Of a stretch of DNA of 64,000 bases, positions 63,144 through 64,000 are shown one piece after another (position 1 is the stretch's first letter; each line of letters begins with the position of its first letter). The position numbers and the translations under genes were made by a program. The stretch comes from an uncultured delta proteobacterium (GTDB lineage Bacteria > Myxococcota > Kuafuiibacteriia > Kuafuiibacteriales > Kuafuiibacteriaceae): the NCBI GenBank assembly GCA_963803435.1, contig CAWDML010000001.1, positions 160,001 through 224,000 of the forward strand, read 5' to 3'. A model generated the notes under the pieces. It saw only the letters and a list, made by a program, of their open reading frames with translations, was not told the origin of the DNA and did no database searches.

Positions 63144-63600
63144 TGAACGCCTTCGCGGTCTGCCGCGACGGCGAGAGGCGGTGCACCGGGATGAACGGCA
63201 GGCTGGCCGCGACCGCCGCGCGCGCCACCAGCCGGACCGTGTCGTTGTCCTTGGGATCGAGATCCGGGAGATCGAGCCGGACGAGATCGGCGTCGTCGAT
63301 GAAGAAGTCACCGGTCTTGTGGTCGTAGCGGAGATGTCCGAGCACCGCCGCGGTTCCCGTGTGCGACTCGGCGAAGATCGTCGCGACGGCGTCGAGCTCG
63401 AGGCCGATCCGATCGCTGCCGTCCTCGAAGAGGATCCGGGGATGGTCGAGCTCGACCGCGGCGATCAGCGCGCTCTTCCGGACCGGGAAGTGCGTCGAGA
63501 TCTCCTGCTCGATCTGATCACCGGTGAACGCCACCGTCGTACGAAAAGGCGCGCTGCAGCCCGCCAGAACCAGGACCAGGCCGACGATTGCTCTCTGCAC
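63091..63600 (-). CDS. DUF1439-like lipoprotein
   Basis: LVLVLAGC lipobox; EISTHFPVRK, LRYD..GDFF, IPVHRL. Confidence 0.65.
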   Translation of the reverse strand: MQRAIVGLVLVLAGCSAPFRTTVAFTGDQIEQEISTHFPVRKSALIAAVELDHPRILFEDGSDRIGLELDAVATIFAESHTGTAAVLGHLRYDHKTGDFFIDDADLVRLDLPDLDPKDNDTVRLVARAAVAASLPFIPVHRLSPSRQTAKAFIKSVNVKDRTVRVELGI

Positions 63601-63659
63601 GATGCCCGCAACATCCTCTCCTCCGGCACCATTCCGGACGTGAGGGCTGCTACGCCGAC

Positions 63660-63956
63660 TCAGTTCAACATCGACTTCGGCGGCTCGCCGGGCGCGTGGT
63701 CCAGCCCCTCCCGGGTGAGGAGGAATCGCACCGTGGTGTGACCGCGCTCCGTATCCAGGGACGCGTCGAAGAGCGGCCCGCCGATGCTCCCCACCGCCGT
63801 CGAGCGCCGCAGGTTCTGGACCGTCCCGCGCACCAGCTCGCCCTTGATCTCGCCGGTCGCCTCGTCGCACGCGTGCAGCGCCCGCGCGACCCGATAGAGG
63901 TCCATCGCCAGCTCCGACGACAGCGGGCGGTTGCTGAAGAGCACCGAGATCAACAT
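63660..63956 (-). CDS. Hypothetical protein
   Basis: 98-aa ORF with coding-like composition, co-oriented with the downstream gene. Confidence 0.55.
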   Translation of the reverse strand: MLISVLFSNRPLSSELAMDLYRVARALHACDEATGEIKGELVRGTVQNLRRSTAVGSIGGPLFDASLDTERGHTTVRFLLTREGLDHAPGEPPKSMLN

Positions 63957-64000
63957 CGGCTGCGCGGGTCTGCTGACTACTTCGGGCCGCCGGCGTCAAC

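Overview
High-GC window that looks myxobacterial (Myxococcota-like); this is inferred from gene content (PEGA/TPR proteins, many lipoproteins, CYP51). Four themes stand out. (1) Three separate sterol/steroid-related modules: KSI-like/ERG2/ketosteroid dehydrogenase/5-alpha-reductase at 6-9.7 kb; a coupled P450-SDR-3betaHSD-ALDH-GMC operon at 16.3-22.9 kb; and CYP51-ERG24-ferredoxin at 51.8-54.6 kb. (2) A convergent biosynthetic block at 36.2-51.0 kb. It holds a PEP-mutase-family enzyme with a variant motif, a PGDH-like reductase and a PGK with an altered substrate pocket, which is a valinophos-like phosphonolactate gene set. It also holds a B12 radical SAM methyltransferase of the RiPP family, a P450, a nucleotidyltransferase, a methyltransferase, a degenerate HExxH-like protein with an aromatic C-terminal tail, and a TMK-like kinase. 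(3) Predation or conflict-type genes: a GH25-lectin lysozyme, a PG-binding His/Cys enzyme with two paralogous HEAT genes, and a ~2,075-aa Sel1/repeat/ABC1-kinase protein. (4) Five of the seven apparent frameshifts are the same +1 event, CGATC to CGAWTC, which suggests sequencing errors at a modified GATC motif. All calls come from motif recognition by eye; no database searches were run.
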